Source of the DNA: Gammaproteobacteria bacterium
GTDB taxonomy: Bacteria; Pseudomonadota; Gammaproteobacteria; Ga0077536
Reading direction: 5' to 3'
Length of the DNA stretch: 64,000 bases
NCBI GenBank assembly: GCA_963662545.2
Contig: CAXXLL010000003.1
Span: 2,656,001-2,720,000, forward strand
In this document: positions 1 through 11,315 of the stretch, in pieces
Numbering within the stretch: the first letter of the stretch is position 1
Layout of the letters: each line of letters starts with the position of its first letter
Notes under the pieces: generated by a model
Told to the model about the DNA's origin: nothing
The model's input: only the letters and a program-made list of their open reading frames with translations
Database searches by the model: none
Position numbers and translations under genes: made by a program

Positions 1-1510
1 GCCTGGCCAGGACACCGACGTGCCCCACGTGTGCCTGTTTGATACCGGCGTCAATCATGGGCACCCGCTCATTGCAGCTGGCCTGGCCACCCCGGATTTG
101 CATACCGTGGAGCCTGGCTGGGGAACGAATGATGGCGATGGCCACGGGACGGAAATGGCCGGACTCGCCCTGGCCGGCAATCTGACTGAGGCGCTCGCCT
201 CGCAAGAGCCACTAGACGTTGCGCATCGGCTCGAGTCGGTCAAGCTGTTGCCCGCGGACGGCGCCAACGGCAACGATGCCAGGCATCACGGTTATCTCAC
301 TACCGAGGCAGTCGCGCGTCCGGAGATAACGACGCCGCAACGCCGCCGCCTGTTCAGCATGGCCGTGACCGCCCGTGACAACCGCGATCGCGGCCGACCT
401 TCCGCCTGGTCGGCGGCGATCGATCGGCTTGCTGCGGATTCGGAAGGACAGGGTGAGATGCCACGGCTCTTTGTCGTGGCCGCCGGGAACGTGAAAGACC
501 CCAATGCCTGGTCAGAATATCCGGCGAGCAACACGACTGATGGCATTCATGATCCCGGGCAAAGCTGGAACGCGCTAACCGTGGGTGCTGCGACCCAGCT
601 TGTGCAGATTACCGAACCCGATGCCGGGGGCTATCAACCCATCGCGCCGGTCGGCGGCCTCAGCCCGTTCAGCACCACTTCGGCGACCTGGCAGGCTAAT
701 TGGCCGCTGAAACCAGATATCGTCCTCGAAGGCGGCAATGCCGCCAAGGATGCCCTGGGCGCAGTATGGATGCCGAGTCTGAGCCTCCTCACCTCGAATT
801 CGAAACCCGAAGAGCGCTTGTTCACCACCACGAACGCGACCAGCTCCGCGTCGGCAATGGCCGCACGGATGGCGGCCCAGTTGATGGCGGAGTACCCGGG
901 ACTCTGGCCCGAGACCATTCGCGCGTTGATCGTACATTCTGCAGAGTGGTCGGACGCGATGCGTCAGGCGTTCCTGCCCGCCAACGACCAGCCGACAAAG
1001 ATGGAAATCGCCAACCTCGTGCGCCACTGTGGGTTTGGCGTCCCCGATCTGGATCGAGCTATGTGGAGCGTGGAGAACTCGCTCACCATGGTCTGCGAGG
1101 AACAGCTGCATCCGTTCAGGCGACACGGCCGCAAGGAACCGACCTTGCGGGACATGAACCTGCATCGGCTGCCCTGGCCTCTGGAAGAACTGGAGGCGCT
1201 CGGCGAGACGCCGGTCTCGATGCGGGTGACGCTGTCCTATTTCATAGAACCCAACCCATCTGAGCGCGGGTTCTCCGGACGATACCGCTACGAATCACAC
1301 GGCCTGAGGTTCGACGCGAAGCGACCCGCAGAATCAGAGGCGGACTTCAGAGCGCGAATCAATGCGGCCGCACGCGATGAGGAGGAGCGGACGCGGAGCG
1401 GTGGCGATGATCCCGGCTGGGTAGTTGGCAAGCAGAACCGGCACAAGGGATCCCTGCATTCTGACAATTGGCTGGGAAGCGCCGCGGACCTTGCCAGTCG
1501 AGGCGTGTGA
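1..1510 (+). pseudogene. S8 (subtilisin-like) serine peptidase, Y4bN/IetS-like; N-terminus outside window, C-terminus cut by IS21
   Basis: Catalytic motifs FDTG (Asp), HGTEMAG (His), NATSSA (Ser) and LKPDIVLEGGN; the stop codon TGA (1508-1510) is the first three bases of the IS21 left end. Confidence 0.85.
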
Positions 1511-1621
1511 GAACGGCGGTGACAAATTAGTCCACGGAAGCGGCGGGATTTCCCAGCCGCGGGCGGAGTAAAACTCTGCCACCTGTAGCCTTCGATCTTT
1601 TTTGAGATGGAAGGCGGGAGG

Positions 1622-3120
1622 ATGTACACCGTGGACCTATATCTGCGCGTTCGGCTGGCCTGCCATGTTGATGGTCTGAGCCAGCGAGAGGCGGCAAGTC
1701 GGTTTGGCATTGCGCGCGAGACGGTGAGGAAGATGCTGCGGCATTCGGAACCGCCGGGATATCGGCGACGCCAGCCACCGAAACGCCCGAAACGGGCCCC
1801 CTTCACGGATATCATCGACCGTATTCTGGAGGAGGACCGAACGGTTCACCGTAAGCAGCACCACACGGCGAAGCGTATATTCGAGCGCCTTCGCGACGAA
1901 CATGGCTTCACGGGCAAAGAGACCATCGTGAAGGATTACGTTCGGGAACGGCGCCTTCGTCGGCGTGAGATGTTTGTGCCGTTGTCACATCCTCCGGGCC
2001 ATGCTCAAGCGGACTTTGGCGAGGCGGATGCGATCATCGCCGGCGTCAAGTATCGGGCGCATTTTTTCGTCATGACACTTCCCCACAGCGATGCCTGCTT
2101 CGTTGCGGCCTACCCGTCAGCGACGACGGAGGCCTGGCTGGACGGGCACAACAGAACCTTCGCCTTCTTCGGCGGTGTTCCCCGATCGATTCTCTACGAC
2201 AACGACAAGTGCCTGGTGTCGCGCATCTTGCCGGATGGCACGCGACAACGAACGCGAGCGTTCAGCGGACTGCAGTCCCATTACCTCTTCGAGGACCGTT
2301 ACGGCCGTCCCGGCAAGGGCAACGACAAAGGCAATGTTGAGGGGGTGGTTGGCTACGCCCGACGGAACTTCATGACGCCGCTTCCCCGGTTCGCGAGCTG
2401 GGACGCCTTCAACGCTTACCTGGAGGAACAATGCCGCAAACGGCAAGACGACGTCCTGCGCGGCCACCGCGAGAGCATCGGCGAACGGTTTGTGCGTGAC
2501 CGCGAAGCGTTGAAGAGGCCACTGCCGGCACCGTTCGACGCGTGCGACAAGCAGGGCACGCGGGTCAACTCGCTGTCCCTGGTGCGCTACCGGACGAATG
2601 ACTATTCCGTGCCCGTCGCCTACGGCCATCAGGAAGTCTGGATCCGTGGCTATGTCCACGAGGTGGTTATCGGTTGCGGCGCCGGGATCATTGCCCACAC
2701 CCCCGTTCCTACGACCGGGAAGATAGGGTCTTCGATCCGATCCACTACCTGCCTTTGCTGGAGCACAAGATCGGTGCCCTGGATCAGGCCGCGCCGCTAG
2801 CCGGATGGGAACTGCCTGATGCCTTCCCAACCCTGCGCCGTCTCCTGGAGGCGCGCATGGGCAAGGCCGGCAAGCGGGAATACGTCCAGGTCCTTCGGCT
2901 TCTGGAGACCTTCGATCTCGAGGTGCTTCACGGCGCGGTGAAGGACGCCCTGCGCCTGGGCGCGATCGGCTACGACGCCGTCAAACACCTTGTGCTGTGC
3001 CGTATCGAGCGACGCCCGCCCAAACTCGACCTGGATATCTATCCCTACCTGCCTCGGGCCAACGTGGCGACCACGGCCGCCGCCAGTTATATGAGCTTGT
3101 TGGGTGGAGGCGCGTCATGA
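1622..3120 (+). pseudogene. istA: IstA DDE transposase, frameshifted by a 1-bp deletion near 2697
   Basis: ATTGCCCACACC here versus ATTGCCCGACACC in intact copy 2; split into ORFs 1607-2800 and 2674-3120. Confidence 0.9.
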
Positions 3121-3887
3121 CCGATACGCCGCAAGTGTTGCTGGCCCATCACCTCAAGACCCTGAAACTGCCGACGTTCCTGCGCGAATACGACAAGCTG
3201 GCCCGCCAATGCGCCACCGAGGGCGCCGACCCTGTGCGGTATCTTGTCCGTCTGACCGAGTTGGAACTGATCGACCGTGAGCGCCGCATGGTCGAGCGGC
3301 GGATCAGACAGGCCAGGTTCCCCGCCGTCAAAAGCCTCGACAGCTTCGACTTCAAGGCCATCGCCTCGCTCAACAAGATGCTGGTTCTGGAGTTGGCGCG
3401 ATGCGAATACGTAGAGCGTCGTGAGAATATCATCGCGCTCGGCAACAGCGGAACCGGCAAGACCCATATCGCCCTCGGTCTCGGTCTGGCGGCCTGCCAA
3501 AAGGGGCTCTCCGTCGGCTTCATCACGGCCGCCGCCCTGGTTCATGAACTGATGGAGGCCAGGGATGAAAAACGCCTGTTGCGCCTGCAGAAGCAACTGG
3601 CAAAGTATCACCTTCTGATCATCGACGAACTCGGCTTCGTGCCGCTCTCGAAGACCGGCGCCGAGCTGCTGTTCGAAGTCTTCAGCCAGCGCTACGAGCG
3701 GGGCTCGATCATGGTGACCTCCAACTTGCCGTTCGATGAGTGGACGGAGATATTCGGCTCGGAACGTCTGACCGGGGCTTTGCTGGACCGCCTGACCCAC
3801 CCTGTCCATATCCTGGAAATGAACGGCGAGAGCTATCGTCTCAACCAAAGCCAAAAACGGCGGAAATCCCCAAATACGCCTGCTTGA
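3117..3887 (+). CDS. istB: IstB AAA+ helper ATPase
   Basis: Walker A GNSGTGKT, Walker B LLIIDELG, TSN and LLDRL motifs; ATGA overlap with istA stop. Confidence 0.95.
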   Translation: MTDTPQVLLAHHLKTLKLPTFLREYDKLARQCATEGADPVRYLVRLTELELIDRERRMVERRIRQARFPAVKSLDSFDFKAIASLNKMLVLELARCEYVERRENIIALGNSGTGKTHIALGLGLAACQKGLSVGFITAAALVHELMEARDEKRLLRLQKQLAKYHLLIIDELGFVPLSKTGAELLFEVFSQRYERGSIMVTSNLPFDEWTEIFGSERLTGALLDRLTHPVHILEMNGESYRLNQSQKRRKSPNTPA

Positions 3888-4087
3888 CCACCGAACTCAA
3901 GGTTGACCCGGTGGGTCCACAGGAACCTCCCACGCTGCTTCGCTCCGCGTAACGCAAGCGCTACACGAAGCAGCGCGGGTCCCTCCTATGGACTACCGGG
4001 ACAACCCCCCAACACTGCGTACCGCATAACGTTAAGTGGACTAGTTTTGCTCCGCCCGGGTGGACTAATTTTGCTCCGCCGTTGACA

Positions 4088-6288
4088 CTCGTCACCGTGC
4101 GCAGCGGTTCCTGCAGGTCGTGGGAGGCCACGTAGGCGAACTGGCCGAGCTCCTGATTGGAGCGTTCGATTTCGGCGCTCTTTTCGACGAGCCGGCGTTG
4201 CGCTTGCGTGCGTTCGGAGACCTCGCTTTCAAGCTCGGCCGTGCGCGTCTCGATCTGATTGATCATGTCGCTGAGGGCACGCGCTACGACGCCGATTTCA
4301 TCGCTCGCGGCAACCGGTAGGTCAGTTCGCCCGGATCCCTTTCCGTAGGCGGCCGATACCTGCGCGATGTGCCGCAATGGGCCGATGAGCGCACGACCGA
4401 ACCACCAGCCGATGAGAAGCGCGACACCCGTAACGATGGCGGCTGCCGTCAGTGCCTGGCGGCCGCTGGCGTGGGCACCGATCAGTGTCGATGCGGGATC
4501 TGCCGCCAGTAACAGGTGCAAGGAACCGCGACCGTTTGCAGATTCAAGTTCCACGCGGCGTTCATGCACGACCGTCGTCCGGCCATCGGCCAAATGGCGC
4601 CGTTCCGTGCTGGACGCATTGCTCGATGCGGTCTCGGTGCCGGTATGCGCCAATTGTCGAATCAATGTCGTAAGCTCGCTTTTTGACTTCGGCATGTCCA
4701 AAGGCGCCAGCAGCGCACCGTGCGCATCAAGCAGTACCATTACCACATCCGGTTGCTCGAACTGCGCGAGTTCGGCGAGCATGCGTGCGAAATCGAGTTC
4801 GATCACAATAAGCCCGGCCCAGGTCGTCGCCGCGACTTTAACCGGCAACGCGACATAGAACGCCGCCGGCGCACCCGCGGTCGGCGCGATAATGCGGAGC
4901 TCGCGCGCACCAGCCATGCTCATGTCGTCCGCCACCGCCGCCCAACGCCGCACGCTCGTGCCGCTTCCTAGCGAGCGCGTGCCGTCGGGCGATCGCGCCA
5001 CGGTCGTGAGGTTCGCCCATTCACCGTCGATTCGGCTGAACACCCGGATACTCCGGTACAAAGGGTAGACATCGAGAACGTTACGCAGCAGATCCCCAAG
5101 CAGCGTGACCTGGCGTCGCGTTTCAACGCTCGGGTATTCATCGTTCGACGCTGCCGAGACGAGATATTGGACGGGCGGCGCCGCGCCGAAATAGCGCGCC
5201 GTCGCGGTCGCTTGACCACTGACCGTCTGCAGCTCCTGGGCCACGATTCTTCCCTGCCATTCGAGTGAATGTGCGGTGTCGTTGTACAAGGCAGTACGCA
5301 AATGCACCCACACGATGGATGTCGTCACGGCCACCGCACCTACCACGATCAGCGAGATCATGAGCACGATCTGCCGGCTAATGCCGAACGAAACGTCCGC
5401 GAGCACCGCACCCTTATTCGGCGTTCCGCCAATAACGCTTGCAGGCTGCCGTCGATCGCCGCCCTGCAGGTGGCTCCATACCAGCTCGCACAGCACGCAC
5501 AAATAGCTCACCTTCTTCAGCATGTGCGCGGCGTCGAACTCGAAATCGAACAACCGCCCCGAAAAGGACATGAACACCACCTGCGCGACCAGATTGATGA
5601 TCAGTGCCAGCACCAGCCAGTGCTCGAAGACGTCGTGGCGCCAGTCGCCCTTGCGAAGGTAGCCCGACAGTGCGATGCCAAAGAAAATCGCCGGGACGAA
5701 TTCCTCGGGGCGATGAAAGAGTATTTCGGGGTAATAAGCCGGCGGCAGCGGCACCAGGGAGAAGAACAGAAAGCTGAGCAGGGTCAACGCGATGCAGCCG
5801 AGGAAAATGGTGTCGGTATCGACGCGCCCGGCGGCGCCCAGGCGCTGCTCGCGCCGCCATACCGCGATGCTCATTAACAGCAGCAATGAGAGATAGAGCC
5901 GCGAGGCGATCCAACTCCACGGGATCAACGAGGCCAGGTCGGACGGCAGGTAGTGTTTCAACGCCGCCGAGGTCACCAGTGCGTGGTAACCGTCGAGGAA
6001 TCCGGTGCCGATGAATCCGACGCCGAGGATGAGCGGCAGCGAGCCGCCGACACGGCGCCAGCGACGTAACAGTAGTAGCCCTACCGATAGGGCGAGGATG
6101 GTCGCTGCTGTTTCCATGCCCGTGTGCAAATTTGCAGTGCCCTGCCAGGTGGCGCCTCGCAGAACGGCGTATACCACCGATAGCCCTACGGCGGTCAGCC
6201 AATAGCTCAGGATCCGCCGGTGCGCGCGGGCATGGGGATTCGGGCTCGTACTGCGCGTCGCAAAGACATCCATCGCTGCGGTATTCAC
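4088..6288 (-). pseudogene. Membrane sensor histidine kinase (multi-TM N-terminus, HAMP), truncated just after the H-box by IS21
   Basis: TM helices, HAMP-like DEIGVVARALSDM, H-box FAYVASHDLQEPLR; then reads into the IS end, so the HATPase domain is absent. Confidence 0.85.
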
Positions 6289-6291
6289 GAT

Positions 6292-8064
6292 TTATCCCCG
6301 CGCCTGAGCACCGACACTGACGATAGTTGGGCCCGTCGCGTCGGCATACCCGTTAGTTGGCAGGGGATCGAACGGCCCTGCCACAAGCCGGCGTTCCATC
6401 GCCTCCGGCGGCAGCGCGCGGCTGAACAGCCAGCCCTGCATCACGCGACAACCGTTATCGAGCAGGAAAGCGGCCTGCGCTTCGGTTTCAACACCTTCGG
6501 CCACGACATCGAGACCGAGGTTCTGCGTTAGACCGATAATCGCCTTGACGATGGTTTCACTTTGTTCGTCGATGCCGATGTCCTTGACAAAGGAATAGTC
6601 GATCTTGAGCGCCCGGATTGGCAGCCGGTTGAGATAGGTGAGCGAGGAATAACCGGTACCGAAATCATCCGTCACGATTATCACGCCCAATCGATCGAGC
6701 TGCTCCAGCACGGCGACCGCGTTATCTGGATCGTCCATCACCGCCGTTTCGGTCAATTCGAGTTCGAGTACATGCGCGGGCAGGCCGCTTGCCGCAAGCG
6801 CCTTCGATACGCTTTCAATTAAGCTGTCACCCTTGAGTTGTACCGCCGAGACGTTGACCGCTAGACGCGCGTCCACACCCACCAATCCTGACTGCCACCA
6901 ACGGCTGAAGTGCGTGCACGCACGCCGCAGCAGTCGATCGCCCAGCGGGATGATCAGACCGGAGCGTTCGGCTGCGGGAATGAATATTGATGGCGGATGT
7001 CGCCCCCACCGCGCCAGCGCTTCCATCCCCACAATGATGCCCGTAGCGGCATCGACTTGCGGTTGAAAATGAATCGCGAACTGGTCCTTAGCAACGTCCT
7101 CAGCAAGCGCCGCTACGAGGTCGACTGCTACCCGTGCAGCCTGCTGCATCGACGGGGCGAAAAAGCGATACGTGTTGCGTCCCTGGTGCTTGGCCTCGTA
7201 CATCGCCGTATCGGCGGCCTTGATCAATTCGGCGCTATCGCTGACGCCGTTAGGATAAAGCGCGATACCGATACTCGTCTGGGCGTGAATTTCGTGCCCG
7301 GCGATTTCGCATGGCTGCTTCAGCGCCTCGACGATATTCCGCGCGACTCGCGCCGCGTTATCCGTCGTACCGATATCATCGAGAACGATTGCGAATTCGT
7401 CACCGCCGAGTCGCGCGACCAGATCACCCGTGCGCACACAGGCCTTCAGGCGCTCGGCAACCGCGGCCAGCAATGCGTCGCCTGTCAGGTGGCCGAAGGT
7501 GTCATTGATGTATTTGAAGTGGTCTAGATCCAGAAACAGTAGTGCCAAGGGGCGCTTGCCGCGGTCTGCGCGCGCCATCGCACCGTCCAGAAAATCCTGG
7601 AACAGCACGCGGCTGGCGAGACCGGTGAGGGCGTCGTATTTCGCTAAACGCACGAGTTCGGCGCGCAAGCGGTGACGTTCCGTCGCATAGCGGACCGCCC
7701 GTTCCAGAATATTGGGACTGAGTTGATCGTTAACCAGAAAATCCGCAGCACCTGCTTCCATGGCGGCTTCATCGACCTGCCGGTCGGCCACACCGGTCAA
7801 GATAATGATCGGTAAGGCCGCGACGGCACCACCACACGCGTCGAGCAGATCGAGACCGCTGCGCCCACCGAGTCGATTATCGAGCAGACACACGTCGTGC
7901 GCAGCCGAACGAATGGCCTTGAGTCCGTCGTCGTAATCGCGTGCCCAATCGATCTCGTAGTGAACACCGGATACGTCATCGAGCATGGCGCAGGTCAACT
8001 CGTAATCGGCCTCATCATCCTCGATCAGCAGGATTCTGGTCATCTGTTCCGGCGCGGCCTGCAT
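6292..8064 (-). CDS. REC-GGDEF-EAL c-di-GMP signalling protein
   Basis: ILLIEDD and LLD receiver motifs, RLGGDEF, EALARW, DDFGTGYSS, EGVET; 3 bp upstream of the kinase gene. Confidence 0.92.
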   Translation of the reverse strand: MQAAPEQMTRILLIEDDEADYELTCAMLDDVSGVHYEIDWARDYDDGLKAIRSAAHDVCLLDNRLGGRSGLDLLDACGGAVAALPIIILTGVADRQVDEAAMEAGAADFLVNDQLSPNILERAVRYATERHRLRAELVRLAKYDALTGLASRVLFQDFLDGAMARADRGKRPLALLFLDLDHFKYINDTFGHLTGDALLAAVAERLKACVRTGDLVARLGGDEFAIVLDDIGTTDNAARVARNIVEALKQPCEIAGHEIHAQTSIGIALYPNGVSDSAELIKAADTAMYEAKHQGRNTYRFFAPSMQQAARVAVDLVAALAEDVAKDQFAIHFQPQVDAATGIIVGMEALARWGRHPPSIFIPAAERSGLIIPLGDRLLRRACTHFSRWWQSGLVGVDARLAVNVSAVQLKGDSLIESVSKALAASGLPAHVLELELTETAVMDDPDNAVAVLEQLDRLGVIIVTDDFGTGYSSLTYLNRLPIRALKIDYSFVKDIGIDEQSETIVKAIIGLTQNLGLDVVAEGVETEAQAAFLLDNGCRVMQGWLFSRALPPEAMERRLVAGPFDPLPTNGYADATGPTIVSVGAQARG

Positions 8065-8333
8065 AGGGGGCGATCCTTGGGTTCTTTTGCCTTTTTCGTG
8101 GCTCTTAGGGGGCTCGGCGCCGAAATCCAAGGTCTGCCGGAGACATCTGCTGCATAGCTTCGCGAGGCGCACGAACCCTGTTGCTGGTTATCGGGCGGGG
8201 ACAGCATTTCTTTAGAAAATGCCCGGCCTGGCGGGCGCCGAAAATTCCGGGACAGCTAACTTTCGGGGGCGGCTAAATCGTTGTTAACGCAGCGAATTTA
8301 CTCAAACAGAGGGGGTAAATCGACGGACGCGGC

Positions 8334-10787
8334 TTAAGACTTGGTACGCTCGCTCTTCGGATCGTACATCGGCTTCAACGAGGCTTTCGCCGTGTACGTG
8401 CGGTTGGCCTGTTCGAGCGTATAGGTTCCATCGGCGACGAAGGCATCCGTCACGCCGTCCTCGTGATTGACATAGCCCATCGCCGCGCAGGCGCCGAGGG
8501 TGTGTGCATAGCCTGCCGAGGTCGTATACCCGACGCGCTCGCGATCGCGCAGGATGGGCTCGTTGTGCACCAGCATCGGTTCGGGATCGTCCAACAGGAA
8601 TTGCACCAGCCGCCGTTTGAGCGGGTTCGCTTCGCGCTCGGCGATCAATGCTTCACGCCCGATGAACCCGCCGGGCTTGTCCCAGGCGCAGGTAAACCCA
8701 AGACCGGCTTCGAGCAGGGTCTCCAGCGGTCCCATGTCATGCGCCCACTCGCGATAGGCTTTCTCGATGCGCAGGGTGTTGAGGGTGTGGTAGCCGCAAT
8801 GCTTGAGGCCCAGATCGGCACCCGCTTCGATCAGGCGGTCGTATACGGGTAACGCCATCTCAGTCGGAATGTAGAGCTCCCAGCCGAGTTCGCCCGTATA
8901 GGAGAGTCGCACAGCCATCGCCGACTGGTAGCCGATCTCAATGTGCTGCATGGTGCCGAAGGGAAATGCTTGCGCGGTGAAATCGGCACTCGAGATCTGC
9001 GACAGGAGCGCGCGAGAATTTGGGCCCTGCACGTTCAACATCGCGTAGGCGCCCGTGACGTCGGTGGTCACGCAGGCGGCATCGTCCGGAATATTCTCCC
9101 GGATCCAGGCATGGACCTGGGTGCAGGTGAACGCGGCCGTCACGACCAGGTAGCGGTCCTCGGCCAGACGCGTAATAGTCAGATCGGCCTCGACCCCGCC
9201 GCGCACGTTTAAGAACTGCGTGTAGGCGACCTTGCCGAGCGGCATCGCCATGTCGGCGGTTGCGATGCGGTTCAAAACGCGTTCAGCATCCCTTCCCTGC
9301 ACGAGGATCTTGGCGAAGGAGGTCTGCTCGAAGATGCCCACCGCTTCACGCACGGCGCGGTGTTCCTCGGCATTGTTCTCGAACCAGTTCTGGCGGCCGA
9401 AGTCGTATTCGTATGCCGGCTTCTGACCTGGTTTGGCGTACCAGTTCGGCCGCTCCCACCCGGCAGATTCCCCGAAACAGGCGCCGGCGGCCGCGAGGCG
9501 GTCGTGCAGGATAGATAACTTGATGTTGCGCCCGGTCTCCCACTGGCGGTTCGGCCAGTGCATCTGGTAGGCGATCCCGAGCGACTCCACCACGCGATCC
9601 ACCACAAAGGGCTTATTGTTATGGCAGGGCTGGATGCGCCGGATGTCGACGTCCCAGATATCCATCGGCTGTACGCCGTCGTTGATCCAATTCGCCACGA
9701 CGTAGCCCGCGCCGCCACCCGAGAGGATCCCCAGCGAATTAAAGCCGCAGGCGACGAAGAGCCGGTCGACGTACGGCGCACGGCCCATGAGGTAGTTGTG
9801 ATCCGGCGTAAAGGATTCGGGACCGCAGAAAAACTGGCGGATACCGGTGTCGAACAGAACGGGTAAGCGCTGCATGCCGCGTTCGATGTGCGGCTCCATG
9901 CGTTCCCAATCGGGCTGGATCTCGTCGAAGCAGAAATGCTCGGGGATCCCGTCGACGCCCCAGGGCGCGGCGACGGGTTCGAAGAAACCCAGCAGAATCT
10001 TGCCGGCTTCCTCGCGCGCGTAAACGCAGCGGCCCGGGTCGCGCAAGATCGGCAGCCGATTGTGCACGCCGTCGATGGGCTCCGATATAAGGTAGTAATG
10101 CTCGGCCGCCTGCAGCGGGATGTCGACGCCCGCCATCAAGCCGACCTCGCGGCCCCACATGCCGGGGCACAGCACGACGACCTCGGCGCGGACCTCGCCC
10201 TTGTCCGTTCGCACGCCGACGGCACGGCCGTTTTCGACGAGCAAGCCGGTCACCGGCGTATCCTCGATGATGTTGACGCCGTTCTGGCGCGCGCCCTTGG
10301 CGAGCGCCTGCCCTACATCGGCCGGATTGACCCGTCCGTCATCCGGAAAATAAAAGCCGGTCAAGAGATCGTCGACGTAGACCAGTGGAAAGAGTTCCTT
10401 GATCTGCCCGGGTGAGATCTCTTCGTTCTCGACGCCGAAAATGCGCGCCATCGCACAGCCGCGGCGCATCTCCTCGGCTTTCTCGGCCGTCGCCGCGAGT
10501 TGGATGGAGCCGCACTTGATGAACCCGGTCGCCTGACCGGTTTCCGCTTCCAAATCCTCGTAGAGCTTGAGCGAATACTGCGCCAGCCGGGTCTGACTCT
10601 CACTGTCCCGCAGCGTGGTGACGAGTCCGGCGGCGTGCCAGGTCGTGCCCGAACTCACCTGCTTGCGCTCGAGCACGATCACGTCGGTCCAGCCGAGCTT
10701 GGCGAGATGGTAGGCCGTCGAACAGCCAATGACGCCGCCACCGACGACGACGGCACGGGCGTGGGCCGGGACGCTGCTCGTGTTCAT
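8334..10787 (-). CDS. GcvT-family FAD-dependent oxidoreductase (dimethylglycine/sarcosine dehydrogenase-like)
   Basis: GGGVIG, GTTWHAAG, GPESFTPD, GWERPNW, SYTGELGWE, LRIEKAY; 817 aa. Confidence 0.92.
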   Translation of the reverse strand: MNTSSVPAHARAVVVGGGVIGCSTAYHLAKLGWTDVIVLERKQVSSGTTWHAAGLVTTLRDSESQTRLAQYSLKLYEDLEAETGQATGFIKCGSIQLAATAEKAEEMRRGCAMARIFGVENEEISPGQIKELFPLVYVDDLLTGFYFPDDGRVNPADVGQALAKGARQNGVNIIEDTPVTGLLVENGRAVGVRTDKGEVRAEVVVLCPGMWGREVGLMAGVDIPLQAAEHYYLISEPIDGVHNRLPILRDPGRCVYAREEAGKILLGFFEPVAAPWGVDGIPEHFCFDEIQPDWERMEPHIERGMQRLPVLFDTGIRQFFCGPESFTPDHNYLMGRAPYVDRLFVACGFNSLGILSGGGAGYVVANWINDGVQPMDIWDVDIRRIQPCHNNKPFVVDRVVESLGIAYQMHWPNRQWETGRNIKLSILHDRLAAAGACFGESAGWERPNWYAKPGQKPAYEYDFGRQNWFENNAEEHRAVREAVGIFEQTSFAKILVQGRDAERVLNRIATADMAMPLGKVAYTQFLNVRGGVEADLTITRLAEDRYLVVTAAFTCTQVHAWIRENIPDDAACVTTDVTGAYAMLNVQGPNSRALLSQISSADFTAQAFPFGTMQHIEIGYQSAMAVRLSYTGELGWELYIPTEMALPVYDRLIEAGADLGLKHCGYHTLNTLRIEKAYREWAHDMGPLETLLEAGLGFTCAWDKPGGFIGREALIAEREANPLKRRLVQFLLDDPEPMLVHNEPILRDRERVGYTTSAGYAHTLGACAAMGYVNHEDGVTDAFVADGTYTLEQANRTYTAKASLKPMYDPKSERTKS

Positions 10788-11238
10788 TGCAACCCTTAGC
10801 TCTGGTGACGGTGAATCATTTTACGATACGGCTGCGGCATATCTACTTTTCGTTGATTCGACCTTGTTCCCAGTCAGGCACCGATCCAATACACGGCCGT
10901 ATAACGATCGAAAAGCAAATGCGTCACCCGCCCATCCTTCTGCGCTGCGTAGAGGGTTGTATTCGGTGCGCGCACAATGCGATTTTTCCGACGCATGCGA
11001 CCGATACGGGCCAGCTCGAAAAGCTTCTCGTATATGAGATTACTGCGTGTGATTGCTTATGGTAGGACTAGCTGGCGCGCATTGTAAGCGCAGCTTAAGT
11101 CCACCAGCTGGAGCCGGATGACTGGACCGGAAATCTTCCGTTGCAAGTCATCGTCTTCGACACCGCCCGATACGAGTGACACCGGAAACGGGTGCGTTCT
11201 GCCGTGAGAATGCGGAGCCATCACCGCCACCGAGATGT

Positions 11239-11272
11239 GCCGGCTCCGGCAGGTCGCCCTACCGGAGCCGGT
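11239..11272. terminator. GC-rich hairpin downstream of the DUF1329 gene
   Basis: GCCGGCTCCGG...CCGGAGCCGGT inverted repeat; no clear U-tract. Confidence 0.35.
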
Positions 11273-11315
11273 GTGAAACCATCTATCTTCGATAGACGTA
11301 AAGCGTGATCGTTGA

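Larger units (their letters stand above)
1508..4087 (+). mobile_element. IS21-family insertion sequence, copy 1 (2580 bp)
   Basis: Ends TGAGAACGGCGGTGACAAATTAGTCCAC and GTGGACTAATTTTGCTCCGCCGTTGACA with subterminal repeats; carries istA/istB; near-identical to 19307-21887; no flanking direct repeat. Confidence 0.95.

Noticed and set aside
2674-2800. Programmed frameshift in istA copy 1
   Set aside because: Copy 2 is intact and differs by one G, so this is a deletion or sequencing error
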